Assembly: GCA_017999675.1 (NCBI GenBank)
Contig: JAGNLL010000001.1
Coordinates: 196,472-260,471 of the forward strand
Length of the DNA stretch: 64,000 nt
Direction of reading: 5' to 3'
DNA from: Rickettsiales bacterium
GTDB lineage: Bacteria > Pseudomonadota > Alphaproteobacteria > Rickettsiales > UBA1997
Of the stretch, positions 15,413 to 24,115 are shown piece after piece (position 1 is the first letter of the stretch; the number at the start of each line of letters is the position of its first letter). Under the pieces are notes generated by a model. That model saw only the letters and a list, made by a program, of their open reading frames with translations. It searched no databases and had not been told where the DNA came from. A program made the position numbers and the translations under genes.

Positions 15413-16883
15413 TTTTTACGATTTTCTCTTCGTCAAATTCAAATTTTGTGTCGCCAATAATCTGATATTTCTCGTGGCCTTTACCAGCCAAAATCAGAAT
15501 GTCGCTATCTTCAAGCATGGTCACTGCTTTTTCAATAGCCGTCTTGCGGTCAGCAATTTCAATGGTTTTAGACATTGCGCAAGCCGCCAAAATTTCGCTA
15601 CGAATTGCTTCTGGCTTTTCGCTACGCGGATTGTCGTCGGTGACAATTACCAAATCTGCAAGTTCGCTCGCAATGCCGCCCATTATCGGTCTTTTCTTGG
15701 CGTCGCGATCTCCCCCGCAGCCAAACAACACAACAACTCGCGCCTTGGTAATTTTTTTTGCCAACTGCAAAACATTTTTTAGCGCATCTGGCGAATGCGC
15801 AAAATCAATAAAAATTTGTGCCTTATTTGGCAAAGTGGCAACGCGCTGCATCCTTCCTGCTGCTGGGTGCAACTCGTGAAAGTTTTCGAGTAAATTTGTT
15901 AGCTGCGCTTCATTTAAATTATTTTTTGCCAGCACATTTCCTAGAGCACAAAGCGCGTTGAAAGCTTGAAAATCGCCACTCACCGCTAAATCGAATTGGT
16001 ATTTTTTTTGTGCGAATTCAAAAAAAACTTTTTGGCCAAACTCGGTTGCTTCAATTTTTTCTAAACGCAAATCACGCGCCTTAAAGCCGTATTCGATAAT
16101 TTTGTGATTTTTCTCGAGGCAGGTTTTTTGCAATTTTCCAAACTCAGCAATGTCGCTGTTAAGCACAGCAAAACCGCCATTTTCTAAGGTGTTGGTGAAT
16201 AGAATAGTTTTGCAGCGCAAATACTCTTCCATCGATTTGTGGTAGTCGAGATGGTCTTGCGTGAGGTTGGTAAAGGCGCCCACTGCAATTTTTACACCAG
16301 CCACGCGGCCTTGTTCTAGGCCGATTGAGCTTACTTCTAGGGCAACGTCGTCAACGCCATTTTTTTTAAGAATTTGTAAATTTTTGTAGAGAGAAACGAT
16401 GTCGGGAGTGGTGAGTGACGAGCTTTGTAAATCTTTAATTTCAGCATTTGTAATCACGCCAAGCGTGCCAATTGAGGCAGATTTTTTTCCTAAAAATTGC
16501 AAAATTTGACGAGTAAATTCTGCGCTAGAAGTTTTGCCGTTAGTGCCGGTAATGGCGTAAATATTGGCCGGAAGTGGCGCGTAAAAAACTTTTAAAAACT
16601 CAACCAAAAGCGAAAATGGGTTTGGTGTTTCAATTATTAAAACTTGCGAAGATTGAAATTTTCCACTTTCGCAAACCACCACTTCAGCACCGTTTTTAAT
16701 GGCATCATTAATAAATTCAGAACCGTCTTTGGCTTTGCCTTGTAGGGCGAAAAACACTGAATTTTTTTTAGCTAAACGTGAGTCGAGAGTAATGTCTAAA
16801 ACTTCGATTGAATCAATTGGGAAGCCCGCTTGCAAGATTTTGTGCGGAGTTTTTACCTGAGAAAGAATTTGTGAGAGCTTCAC
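15390..16883 (-). CDS. murE: UDP-N-acetylmuramoyl-L-alanyl-D-glutamate--2,6-diaminopimelate ligase
   Basis: 497 aa. Motifs: TGTNGKTS, the DNPR motif (TDDNPRSE), and Mur ligase middle and C-terminal domains. Confidence 0.92.
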   Translation of the reverse strand: MKLSQILSQVKTPHKILQAGFPIDSIEVLDITLDSRLAKKNSVFFALQGKAKDGSEFINDAIKNGAEVVVCESGKFQSSQVLIIETPNPFSLLVEFLKVFYAPLPANIYAITGTNGKTSSAEFTRQILQFLGKKSASIGTLGVITNAEIKDLQSSSLTTPDIVSLYKNLQILKKNGVDDVALEVSSIGLEQGRVAGVKIAVGAFTNLTQDHLDYHKSMEEYLRCKTILFTNTLENGGFAVLNSDIAEFGKLQKTCLEKNHKIIEYGFKARDLRLEKIEATEFGQKVFFEFAQKKYQFDLAVSGDFQAFNALCALGNVLAKNNLNEAQLTNLLENFHELHPAAGRMQRVATLPNKAQIFIDFAHSPDALKNVLQLAKKITKARVVVLFGCGGDRDAKKRPIMGGIASELADLVIVTDDNPRSEKPEAIRSEILAACAMSKTIEIADRKTAIEKAVTMLEDSDILILAGKGHEKYQIIGDTKFEFDEEKIVKNALTKSS

Positions 16884-17593
16884 GAAATCAACTGATTAAA
16901 TTTTTGCGCCGCTGCTTTAGGATTGGCGTCGCGTGTAATTGGACGTCCCACAACTAAATGAGAAGAACCATTTTCAAGCGCGGTTTTTACATCGGCAACG
17001 CGTTTTTGGTCGTCATTTGCAATGGCTTCTAGCCTAATTCCCGGGCTTACGATTAAAAAATCTTTGCCAAATTTTTGGCGTAAATTTTTTGCCTCTAAAG
17101 CTGAAGCAACAATACCATCTAACCCCGAATTTAGCGCCAACTCGGTTTTTTTAATTACTAAATTTTCTAGAGAAACATTGGGGTCAAAACCCATTTCGTT
17201 TAAATCTTTTTGGTCAAGATTGGTTAAAACCGTCACGCCAATCACCTGCATTTTGCCCTTATTTTCTGCGGCTTGCTGCATGATGCCGCGACTTGCGGTG
17301 TGAATGGTTAGAAGATCAATTTCATACTGCGCCAAGTTTTTTACAGCGCGGCCAACAGTTTCTGAAATGTCGTAAAGTTTGAGGTCGGCAAAGATTTTTT
17401 TGCCACGATTTTTTAGCCATTTTACTAGCTCAAAATAATCGCCGCTCATCATTAGTTCTAAGCCGATTTTGTAGAAGATTGCTTGGTCGCCAATGTCATC
17501 AACAAGCTTTTTTGCCGCAGAAATATCGGCAACATCCAGCGCAATTATTAGTTTTTCTTGGGGGTTCATGTTAGAGTTTTTTTTCTTCGCCAA
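16880..17593 (-). CDS. pyrF: Orotidine 5'-phosphate decarboxylase
   Basis: LIIALDV, KIGLEL, ADLKLYDI and GRPIT motifs. The true start may be ATG 17569 (MNPQEKLIIALDV), which abuts the plsY stop. Confidence 0.9.
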   Translation of the reverse strand: MAKKKNSNMNPQEKLIIALDVADISAAKKLVDDIGDQAIFYKIGLELMMSGDYFELVKWLKNRGKKIFADLKLYDISETVGRAVKNLAQYEIDLLTIHTASRGIMQQAAENKGKMQVIGVTVLTNLDQKDLNEMGFDPNVSLENLVIKKTELALNSGLDGIVASALEAKNLRQKFGKDFLIVSPGIRLEAIANDDQKRVADVKTALENGSSHLVVGRPITRDANPKAAAQKFNQLIS

Positions 17594-18170
17594 TTATTAG
17601 GCGAGCGATATTTTCTTTGTGTCTGACCAAAATTAAAATTGCTAAAAACCAGCAAAAAACAATTTGCGACCTAGGCGCGTCAAAGCTAGATGAAATGACA
17701 ATTGAAGAAAAAACAGCGATGATTGAAGAAACTGAAGAAATGCGAAATAAACAAAATGACATGATCCAAAAACACACCGCCAAAAACCCAACCGAAACAT
17801 CAAGCGCAAATAAAACTGCAATTGCTGTTGCCACACCTTTGCCGCCTTTAAAATTTAGGTAAATTGGGTAAACGTGAGCAAGCACTGCAACTGCTGCAAC
17901 CAGCACTAAAAGCAGGTGCAAATTGTCTGCATCGTAAAAACTAAATCTGGCGATGATGACCATGATGGCGCCTTTGAGGCCATCTAAAATTAGGGTGAAG
18001 AAGCCAAGTTTTTTGCCCAAAACTCTAGCAACATTGGTGGCGCCGATATTTTTTGATCCGTATTCGCGAATATCTTTTTTAGCGAATATTTTAGCTAAAA
18101 CTAAACCAAAAGGAATTGCCGCAATTGCGTAGGTGATGACTAAGAATAGAAATTGAAAAAAGAGGCTCAT
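17571..18170 (-). CDS. plsY: Glycerol-3-phosphate acyltransferase PlsY
   Basis: 199 aa polytopic membrane protein. Motifs: GSKNIGATNV, FKGGKGVAT. Confidence 0.9.
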   Translation of the reverse strand: MSLFFQFLFLVITYAIAAIPFGLVLAKIFAKKDIREYGSKNIGATNVARVLGKKLGFFTLILDGLKGAIMVIIARFSFYDADNLHLLLVLVAAVAVLAHVYPIYLNFKGGKGVATAIAVLFALDVSVGFLAVCFWIMSFCLFRISSVSSIIAVFSSIVISSSFDAPRSQIVFCWFLAILILVRHKENIARLIIGEEKKL

Positions 18171-18176
18171 GAATTT

Positions 18177-18686
18177 TTAGCTAGGATTGTCGTTTCTGTT
18201 TTTACGGAAAGCATCAATCGAAATGACTTTTGCCGACAAATCAACGTTGGAGGCGTTTTTTTCTGCCGATAAATTTTTATTGGCCTGATTTGGATCAGTT
18301 AAATCACCATTTTCTAAATCTTCTAAATCGCTGTAAGTCATGCTAAATTTTAGCGCAAAATTCATTGACGGGTCAGCAAAAGAAGTGATTGCTTTGTAAG
18401 GGATTAAAAGCTTTTCGTATTTGCCGTTAAAGCTTAGAGAAATTTTAAAATTATCCTGCTCAACCGCCAAAGACTTATATTGATGCTGCACGGCGATGGT
18501 CATTTCTTCGCTAAATTTTTCGAGCAGAGATTTTGGAATTGAAACCCCTGGAAAGCGCGTCATGAAAGTGATCATGAAATAATGTTTGCCGGGTAAGCCA
18601 GTTTTTTCGATTTTTTTGAGAGTTTCGTAAATCACCGAACGCATTGAGGTTTCGATGATATCATCATATCCAATTAAGTCTTGCAT
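18177..18686 (-). CDS. sspB: ClpXP adaptor SspB (alphaproteobacterial SspB-alpha type)
   Basis: The core LPGKHYFMITFMTRFPGVSIPKSLLEKFSEEMTIAVQHQY...ISLSFNGKYEKLLIPYKAITSFADPSMNFALKF parallels Caulobacter SspB-alpha (LPGEHHFFITF...MTIVLQHQF...LSFN...IPF.A...F.DP...FAL.F). I prefer ATG 18686 (MQDLIGYDD). The track start 18761 would run through the tmRNA 3' hairpin. Confidence 0.75.
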   Translation of the reverse strand: MQDLIGYDDIIETSMRSVIYETLKKIEKTGLPGKHYFMITFMTRFPGVSIPKSLLEKFSEEMTIAVQHQYKSLAVEQDNFKISLSFNGKYEKLLIPYKAITSFADPSMNFALKFSMTYSDLEDLENGDLTDPNQANKNLSAEKNASNVDLSAKVISIDAFRKNRNDNPS

Positions 18687-18704
18687 GAGGAATTTTGTTA
18701 AATG

Positions 18705-19185
18705 CGAGAAAGTGCCCGAGTTTCTGTTGACAGGCACTCGGGCGGGCCCCGATAAAATCACTTATACTAAGCAGCTAAAGCCACTGGAGCAAATTCGAAG
18801 TTATCATTAGCAAAGTTGTCGTTTGCATTTACTTTTTTGAACGGATGTCGCTTGGCTTTCGCCTCACAACCGGCAGTTTCTCAACCGGGTAAAATCAAAT
18901 CCTTTATCGCATGTCGAAAGCTGTGTCACCCCCAGAAGAAAAATCACTTTTGTTCGGGTAGAAAATTCAAGTATTTTGAGTGATAGCTTTGCTAAATGAA
19001 AAGTTCGAGGAGGGCCGCGTATTCCAATACGCAACCGACGAGAATCTTTTCATTTAGTGAAGCTAGCGCTCAAAAGACGCCGAATTTGGTGGAGGTGCTG
19101 GGTACTGCCCCCAGGTCCATGTACGTTTATTGCGAAGAGAGTTTATCACCATAGTCTTTTAGTCTTGCGACCGAAAGCGTGGCGT
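18705..19185 (-). ncRNA. ssrA: Circularly permuted (two-piece) tmRNA gene: acceptor piece (about 19185 to 19087), intervening hairpin (19086 to 18934), coding piece (18933 to about 18705)
   Basis: Reading the minus strand: ...GGACCUGGGGGCAGUACCCAGCACCUCCACCA ends at 19087 (T-arm-like hairpin, acceptor 3' strand CACCUCC, discriminator A, CCA). The segment from 18933 starts GGGGGUGACACAGCUUUCGACAUGCG, giving the complementary acceptor 5' strand GGGGGUG with a G3:U70 wobble plus the UUUCGACA motif. It is followed by the tag frame GCA AAC GAC AAC UUU GCU AAU GAU AAC UUC GAA UUU GCU CCA GUG GCU UUA GCU GCU UAG (ANDNFANDNFEFAPVALAA, 18826..18767) and a terminal hairpin GCCCGAGU/ACUCGGGC. The 5' and 3' boundaries are approximate. 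Confidence 0.8.
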
Positions 19186-19213
19186 AACCTAAGAACTAAA
19201 AAAATTTTGACAA
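19186..19213 (-). promoter_or_regulatory. Candidate sigma-70-like promoter for ssrA
   Basis: On the minus strand: TTGTCA (19213-19208), a 16-nt spacer, then TAGGTT (19191-19186). The -10 is weak and the call rests on position only. Confidence 0.25.
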
Positions 19214-19309
19214 GTAATGGTTAGGAAAAATCTTTAGAAATTAAAATTTCACTTCCTAGAGTGCGCCGAAATTCTTCGTTTAAAAATCCCCAAAAATCTC
19301 AAGTCAAAA

Positions 19310-20914
19310 ATGTCTGCCATCAACCTATCTTCCTGCGAATCAAATCCTACTAACCGCAAAAAAGTTGTAATACTTGGATCGGGCCCAAACCGCATCGGGC
19401 AAGGCATTGAGTTTGACTACACCTGCGTTCACGCCGCCTTCGCTTTCAAAGCTCATGGCATTGAAGCCATCATGGTTAACTGCAATCCAGAAACAGTTTC
19501 AACTGATTACGACACTTCAGATCGCCTTTATTTTGAACCACTCACCGCTGAAGACACCATCGAACTAATCAAAAAAGAAATGAGCAACGGCGAATTGCTT
19601 GGTGTAAACGTGCAGTTCGGCGGCCAAACACCTCTAAGCCTCGCCAAGTTTTTGCAAGACGAAAATATTCCAATCATCGGCACTTCGCCCGACATGATCG
19701 ACTTGGCTGAAGATCGCGATCGCTTCAAAAAACTTTTGCAAAAACTCGAATTAAACCAACCACAAAACTACATCGCTTACTCAGCAAAACAGGTTTTGGA
19801 TCAAGTAAGTGAAGTTGGTTTTCCGGTTGTAGTTCGCCCATCTTACGTTCTAGGTGGACGCGGCATGGCGATTGTTTACGACGAAGCTTATTTAATGAAA
19901 TATTTGGTTGAATATGCCGATGTTTTTGAAACCGGCCCTCTCCTTCTCGACAAGTTTTTAACTGATGCAATTGAAGTTGACGTTGACGCTTTATGCGACG
20001 GCGAAGAAGTTTTTGTCGCCGGAATTATGCAGCACATCGAAGAAGCCGGCATTCACTCAGGCGACTCAGCCTGTTCACTTCCGCCTTTTTCTTTGTCAGA
20101 AAAAATGATCGAAGAAGTGAAAAAAGCGACGGTGAAAATGGCTTTAGCACTCAACGTAAAAGGCTTAATGAATGTGCAATATGCCATTCAAAATGAAAAA
20201 CTTTTTGTGTTAGAAGTTAACCCGCGCGCCTCACGCACCGTGCCTTTTGTGGCTAAGGCAACCGGCATTCCAATTGCTAAAATTGCCTCGCTAATAATGG
20301 TCGGCAAAAAACTTTCTGAGTTCAAATTGCAGGAAAAAAAGTTAGAATATTTCTCTGTCAAAGAAGTTGTTTTCCCTTTCGCGCGCTTCTCAAACACCGA
20401 CACAATTTTGGGGCCAGAAATGAAATCTACTGGCGAAGTAATGGGCATCGACACCACCTTCCCTCTGGCATTTGCCAAAGCGCAAATGGCTGCTGGCGTT
20501 AAACTTTTAACTGAAGGTTTGGTTTTTGTTTCGGTGAAAGATTCTGACAAAAAACATTTACCCGACCTCGCCCGCAAATTAGTAACAATCGGCTTCAAAA
20601 TTGTTGCAACGCGCGGCACCGCTAAATTCTTAGCTGAAAACGACATTCCGGTGACCATCGTAAATAAAATTACCGAAGACCGCCCACACGTTGTCGACAT
20701 GATCGACCGCAAAGAAATTGCTTTAGTAATTAACACAACCGAAGGCGCGCAAGCAACTAAAGACAGCTTCTCAATTCGCAGAACTTCTTTAATGCGCGGC
20801 GTTAACTACACCACCACAATGTCTGGTGCGAAAGCTTTGGTTGATGCGCTTGAGGCTTACAAAAATCAGGGCTGTAAGTTTGAAGTGAGAGCTTTGCAGG
20901 ATTTGCAGAGTTAA
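19310..20914 (+). CDS. carB: Carbamoyl-phosphate synthase large subunit, C-terminal half only (second ATP-grasp unit + MGS-like allosteric domain)
   Basis: The 534-aa ORF aligns by eye with the second half of E. coli CarB ([100 protein letters not shown]). No N-terminal half is adjacent. Confidence 0.85.
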   Translation: MSAINLSSCESNPTNRKKVVILGSGPNRIGQGIEFDYTCVHAAFAFKAHGIEAIMVNCNPETVSTDYDTSDRLYFEPLTAEDTIELIKKEMSNGELLGVNVQFGGQTPLSLAKFLQDENIPIIGTSPDMIDLAEDRDRFKKLLQKLELNQPQNYIAYSAKQVLDQVSEVGFPVVVRPSYVLGGRGMAIVYDEAYLMKYLVEYADVFETGPLLLDKFLTDAIEVDVDALCDGEEVFVAGIMQHIEEAGIHSGDSACSLPPFSLSEKMIEEVKKATVKMALALNVKGLMNVQYAIQNEKLFVLEVNPRASRTVPFVAKATGIPIAKIASLIMVGKKLSEFKLQEKKLEYFSVKEVVFPFARFSNTDTILGPEMKSTGEVMGIDTTFPLAFAKAQMAAGVKLLTEGLVFVSVKDSDKKHLPDLARKLVTIGFKIVATRGTAKFLAENDIPVTIVNKITEDRPHVVDMIDRKEIALVINTTEGAQATKDSFSIRRTSLMRGVNYTTTMSGAKALVDALEAYKNQGCKFEVRALQDLQS

Positions 20915-20922
20915 CCATTTTA

Positions 20923-21024
20923 TAGGTCCCCGAGCAAAGGACGAAGTCCGTCGTCGAGGGGCCCGAAGCGAGATCTGTCTTCGGGCCCCTCGACGACGGA
21001 CTTCGTCCTTTGCTCGGGGACCTA
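20923..21024. repeat. Palindromic repeat family E, copy 2 (102 nt)
   Basis: TAGGTCCCCGAGCAAAGGACGAAGTCCGTCGTCGAGGGGCCCGAAG CGAGATCTGT CTTCGGGCCCCTCGACGACGGACTTCGTCCTTTGCTCGGGGACCTA. This is a nearly perfect 46-bp stem. Confidence 0.9.
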
Positions 21025-21040
21025 TTTATATTTATTTTTA

Positions 21041-21310
21041 ATGACATCACCACACACCATATTTTACATCAAGGTCACACCAAATTCCTCGCAAACAAAA
21101 ATCAGCGGAAAATTTCTCGACGAGAAAAATCAAGAATACATCAAAATCAATCTAGCAGCAGTTCCAGAGGATAACAAAGCCAATGAAGAATTAATAAAAT
21201 TTTTGGCAAAAACCTTAAAAATTTCCAAATCAAAAATCGAAATCATCCGCGGCGAAACCTCGCGAATAAAAGTGGTAAAAGTTGAAGGAGACATCGTTAA
21301 CCCTCTTTGA
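21041..21310 (+). CDS. DUF167 (YggU/UPF0235) family protein
   Basis: 89 aa. The pattern V.PNS....I.G.......IKI.L.A.P.DNKAN.ELI.FLAK.L....S.I.I..G.TSR.K is typical of YggU-like proteins. Confidence 0.7.
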   Translation: MTSPHTIFYIKVTPNSSQTKISGKFLDEKNQEYIKINLAAVPEDNKANEELIKFLAKTLKISKSKIEIIRGETSRIKVVKVEGDIVNPL

Positions 21311-21326
21311 AAAAGAGGGTTTTTTT
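21299..21326. terminator. Bidirectional rho-independent terminator (DUF167 gene / xth convergent)
   Basis: AACCCTCTTTGAAAAAGAGGGTTTTTTT: a 7-8 bp stem followed by T7. Confidence 0.7.
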
Positions 21327-22151
21327 CTAAACCTCAATCGTCACACAAACCGGACAATGATCAGAGGCTTTTTCTTGATCCCTTACACCCTTATCTTCAA
21401 TGGCAACCGCAGAAATTTTATCTGAGGCTTGCGACGACGCTAAAAGGTAATCAATCCTCATTCCCTTATTATGCTGCCACGAACCGCCGCGATAATCCCA
21501 CCAGCTAAAAGCTTGACTTTGGCCCGAAAAGGCGCGGTAAGAATCGACCAAACCTAAATTTAAAAGTGAGTGAAATTTTTGACGTTCAAGCGGGTGAAAA
21601 CAAACTGTGCCGTTCAAACTTTTTGCATCAAAAACATCAATATCCGCTGCTGCAACATTGTAGTCGCCGCCGAAAATTTGCATTTCGTCAAAGGCAAGAG
21701 TCTTAGAAAGGTGAGCTTTCAAACGCTCAAAAAATTTCATTTTGTAGACAAATTTTGCGCTATTTTCTAGCGCCTCATTTGGCGCTAAATCACCACCGCC
21801 ATTAGGCACGTAAATTGATGCCACACGAATTGCGGTGCCGCCAAAAGGTAAAACCGCTTCAATGTAGCGCGCTTGTTCATCAACTTCTCCATCCAGTGTT
21901 GGCAAGCCTTTAACCACATCTTCAATTTTAGATTTTGAAAGAATTGCCACACCATTGTAAGTTTTTTGACCCAAAACCGCAGCGTTGTATCCCGCGTCAA
22001 ACAAGGCGCAAAAAGGAAATTCTCCCTCCACACATTTCAACTCCTGCAACAAAACCACATCAGGATTAGAATTTTTCAACCACTCTAAAAGCCGCGGCAG
22101 ACGAGCTTTTACAGAGTTTACGTTGAAGCTAGCGATTTTGATTTTTGGCAT
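21327..22151 (-). CDS. xth: Exodeoxyribonuclease III
   Basis: 274 aa. Motifs: SFNVNS, LQELK, GDYNV, SDHCPV (EEP nuclease family). Confidence 0.9.
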   Translation of the reverse strand: MPKIKIASFNVNSVKARLPRLLEWLKNSNPDVVLLQELKCVEGEFPFCALFDAGYNAAVLGQKTYNGVAILSKSKIEDVVKGLPTLDGEVDEQARYIEAVLPFGGTAIRVASIYVPNGGGDLAPNEALENSAKFVYKMKFFERLKAHLSKTLAFDEMQIFGGDYNVAAADIDVFDAKSLNGTVCFHPLERQKFHSLLNLGLVDSYRAFSGQSQAFSWWDYRGGSWQHNKGMRIDYLLASSQASDKISAVAIEDKGVRDQEKASDHCPVCVTIEV

Positions 22152-22594
22152 TACAGATCTTTCATAAAATGAAACCCGCGAACATGAAAACCCTCGCGGT
22201 AGTAAAGCGAATGCGATTTTTTATTTTCGGTGAATGAGTCTAAAATCACTTTTTCGCAGTTTAGTTTTTTGCCGATTTTTTCGATTTCTTTTAAGAGTTT
22301 TTTGCCAATTCCCAAACCTCTTTTTTCTTCATCAACGATAAAACTTGAAAGCTGAATATAGCGTCCGCAGTAAAGCATCCGTAGCACCCAATAACCCGTC
22401 ACACCAACAATTTTGTCGCCTAAAAAAGCGCCGATCATTTTAAAATCATTCATCGAAATCATTTCAGAAATTTGCGCCTCAAAATTTTCTAAAACGAGAT
22501 TAGCATATCTTTGCTTCACTATTTCGTAGGCCTGCAACATTTCTGCTTTGGTGTTTAATTCTTTAATGACGATTTGATCGGTAATTTTTTCCAT
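22151..22594 (-). CDS. GNAT family N-acetyltransferase
   Basis: 147 aa. Acetyl-CoA binding motif RGLGIGKKLL and a C-terminal YYREGF. Confidence 0.75.
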   Translation of the reverse strand: MEKITDQIVIKELNTKAEMLQAYEIVKQRYANLVLENFEAQISEMISMNDFKMIGAFLGDKIVGVTGYWVLRMLYCGRYIQLSSFIVDEEKRGLGIGKKLLKEIEKIGKKLNCEKVILDSFTENKKSHSLYYREGFHVRGFHFMKDL

Positions 22595-22600
22595 CAGATT

Positions 22601-24013
22601 TTAGGTGTTTTTTAGTTGATCGGCCAAAGCTTGCGCCCAGTAAGTAATGCTTCCAGCACCAGTACAAAACACGATATCGCCAGAAGAAATTTGTGGCTTA
22701 ACCAATGCCGCCAATTCTTTTTCGCTATTTAGTTTAAGCACGTTTTTGTGACCCGATTTTTTAATGCCTGCAACTAAATCATCTTGCGTTGCACCAGCAA
22801 TTGGCGCTTGTCCGGCCGAATAAACATCAGCAACAATCACACAATCTGCTTCGGCAAAAGCGCCGCAAAATTCGTTAAATAAATCGTGAACGCGCGAATA
22901 TTTGTGAGCTTGAAATACACAAATAATTTTATGCTTTCCAGCCAAGTGGCGCGCGGCTTTAAGCGTTGTTGAAATTTCGGTTGGGTGGTGCCCGTAATCG
23001 TCAATTATTGCTACACCTTCATATTCACCAACCTTGGTGAAGCGGCGTCTCACGCCATTAAAAGCATTAAGCGCTTTTTTAATTTGATCGTCGGTAAGTC
23101 CCAAAAAATCAGCAATTGCAACTGCTACTAAAGCGTTGCTGGCATTATGTTCGCCGTAGATTGGCATGTGAATGTCTTTAATTTCACGACCATTTTTAAA
23201 CAGCACGTCAAAACTCAAGCCGCTAACATTCATCACAATGTTTTTCACCATTAAATCGGCCGGTTTTTTTGCCGAATAAGTGACGAGATTTTTCTTGGTA
23301 GATTTTAATTTTTCGTAAATTTTTTCAACTTCTGGGCTGTCTATACAAAGTACACACATTCCATGCTCAGGAATTTGCGCAACATATTGCTCAAAACAGG
23401 CTTTTTGTTTTTCAAAACATCCGGCGTAACCGCTAAATTCTAAATGCTCTGGCTCAATGTTGGTAATGGCGCCAATAAAGCTTGGAAGTGCTACAAAGCT
23501 GGCATCAGACTCGTCAGATTCTGCCACCAAATATTCGCCTTTGCCGATTTTTGAATTGCTTTGAAAATAGTGAATCACCCCACCATTAATAACCGTTGGA
23601 TCAAGCCCGCCAACTTCAAGCATAATTGAAGTAATGCCCGTGGTGCTAGTTTTTCCGTGGGTTCCAGCAATTGTAATGCCTTTATATTCGCGCATGATTA
23701 GCGCCAAAAGATTGGCGCGAGTAATTACCGGAATATTTCTTTTTTGCGCTTCAAGAATTTCAGGATTTTCAGTTTTAATAATTGAAGTTTGCACAATTAG
23801 CGAAACATCGTCAGAAATATTTTTAGCGTCATGCCCCACAAAATAAGTGGCGCCAACAGCTCGCAACTTTGGTGTTAAATAATTTTCTGCCAAATCAGAA
23901 CCTTGAACCGGAACATTTAATTCGCGCAAAACAAACGCCAAAGCGCTCATGCCAATGCCGCCCAGCCCAATAAAATGGACTTTGCTTTGCTGTTTTAGAT
24001 CTTGAAAATTCAT
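22601..24013 (-). CDS. murC: UDP-N-acetylmuramate--L-alanine ligase
   Basis: 470 aa. Motifs: HFIGLGGIGMSALA, GTHGKTSTT, DDYGHHPTE. Confidence 0.92.
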   Translation of the reverse strand: MNFQDLKQQSKVHFIGLGGIGMSALAFVLRELNVPVQGSDLAENYLTPKLRAVGATYFVGHDAKNISDDVSLIVQTSIIKTENPEILEAQKRNIPVITRANLLALIMREYKGITIAGTHGKTSTTGITSIMLEVGGLDPTVINGGVIHYFQSNSKIGKGEYLVAESDESDASFVALPSFIGAITNIEPEHLEFSGYAGCFEKQKACFEQYVAQIPEHGMCVLCIDSPEVEKIYEKLKSTKKNLVTYSAKKPADLMVKNIVMNVSGLSFDVLFKNGREIKDIHMPIYGEHNASNALVAVAIADFLGLTDDQIKKALNAFNGVRRRFTKVGEYEGVAIIDDYGHHPTEISTTLKAARHLAGKHKIICVFQAHKYSRVHDLFNEFCGAFAEADCVIVADVYSAGQAPIAGATQDDLVAGIKKSGHKNVLKLNSEKELAALVKPQISSGDIVFCTGAGSITYWAQALADQLKNT

Positions 24014-24115
24014 GGAAAAGTTGTGTTTTAAAGTGAGGATGCAGCCAAGCTAGATCGGCTTTGGCGCGGAACTTACGAAAGGCATTTTATTTGTAAAATT
24101 AAAATCAGAAAAAAG

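Noticed and set aside
18687-18761. Longer sspB ORF starting at 18761
   Set aside because: The extension (MILSGPARVPVNRNSGTFSHLTKFL) overlaps the tmRNA terminal hairpin (GCCCGAGT/ACTCGGGC), and SspB similarity starts after ATG 18686.
19207-19240. Plus-strand TTGACA at 19207 as the carB promoter -35
   Set aside because: No acceptable -10 hexamer lies 16-19 nt downstream (ATCTTT and TCTTTA only).
20188-20736. 182-aa ORF antisense to carB. The same reasoning applies to other long antisense ORFs: 7806..8261 in fumC, 10339..10776 in rnd, 15499..15879 in murE, 34189..34599 over the ffh start, and 62197..62619 over rplN/rplX.
   Set aside because: Each lies fully within a strongly supported gene on the other strand and has low-complexity, motif-free translations. 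Such ORFs are expected in stop-poor antisense frames.
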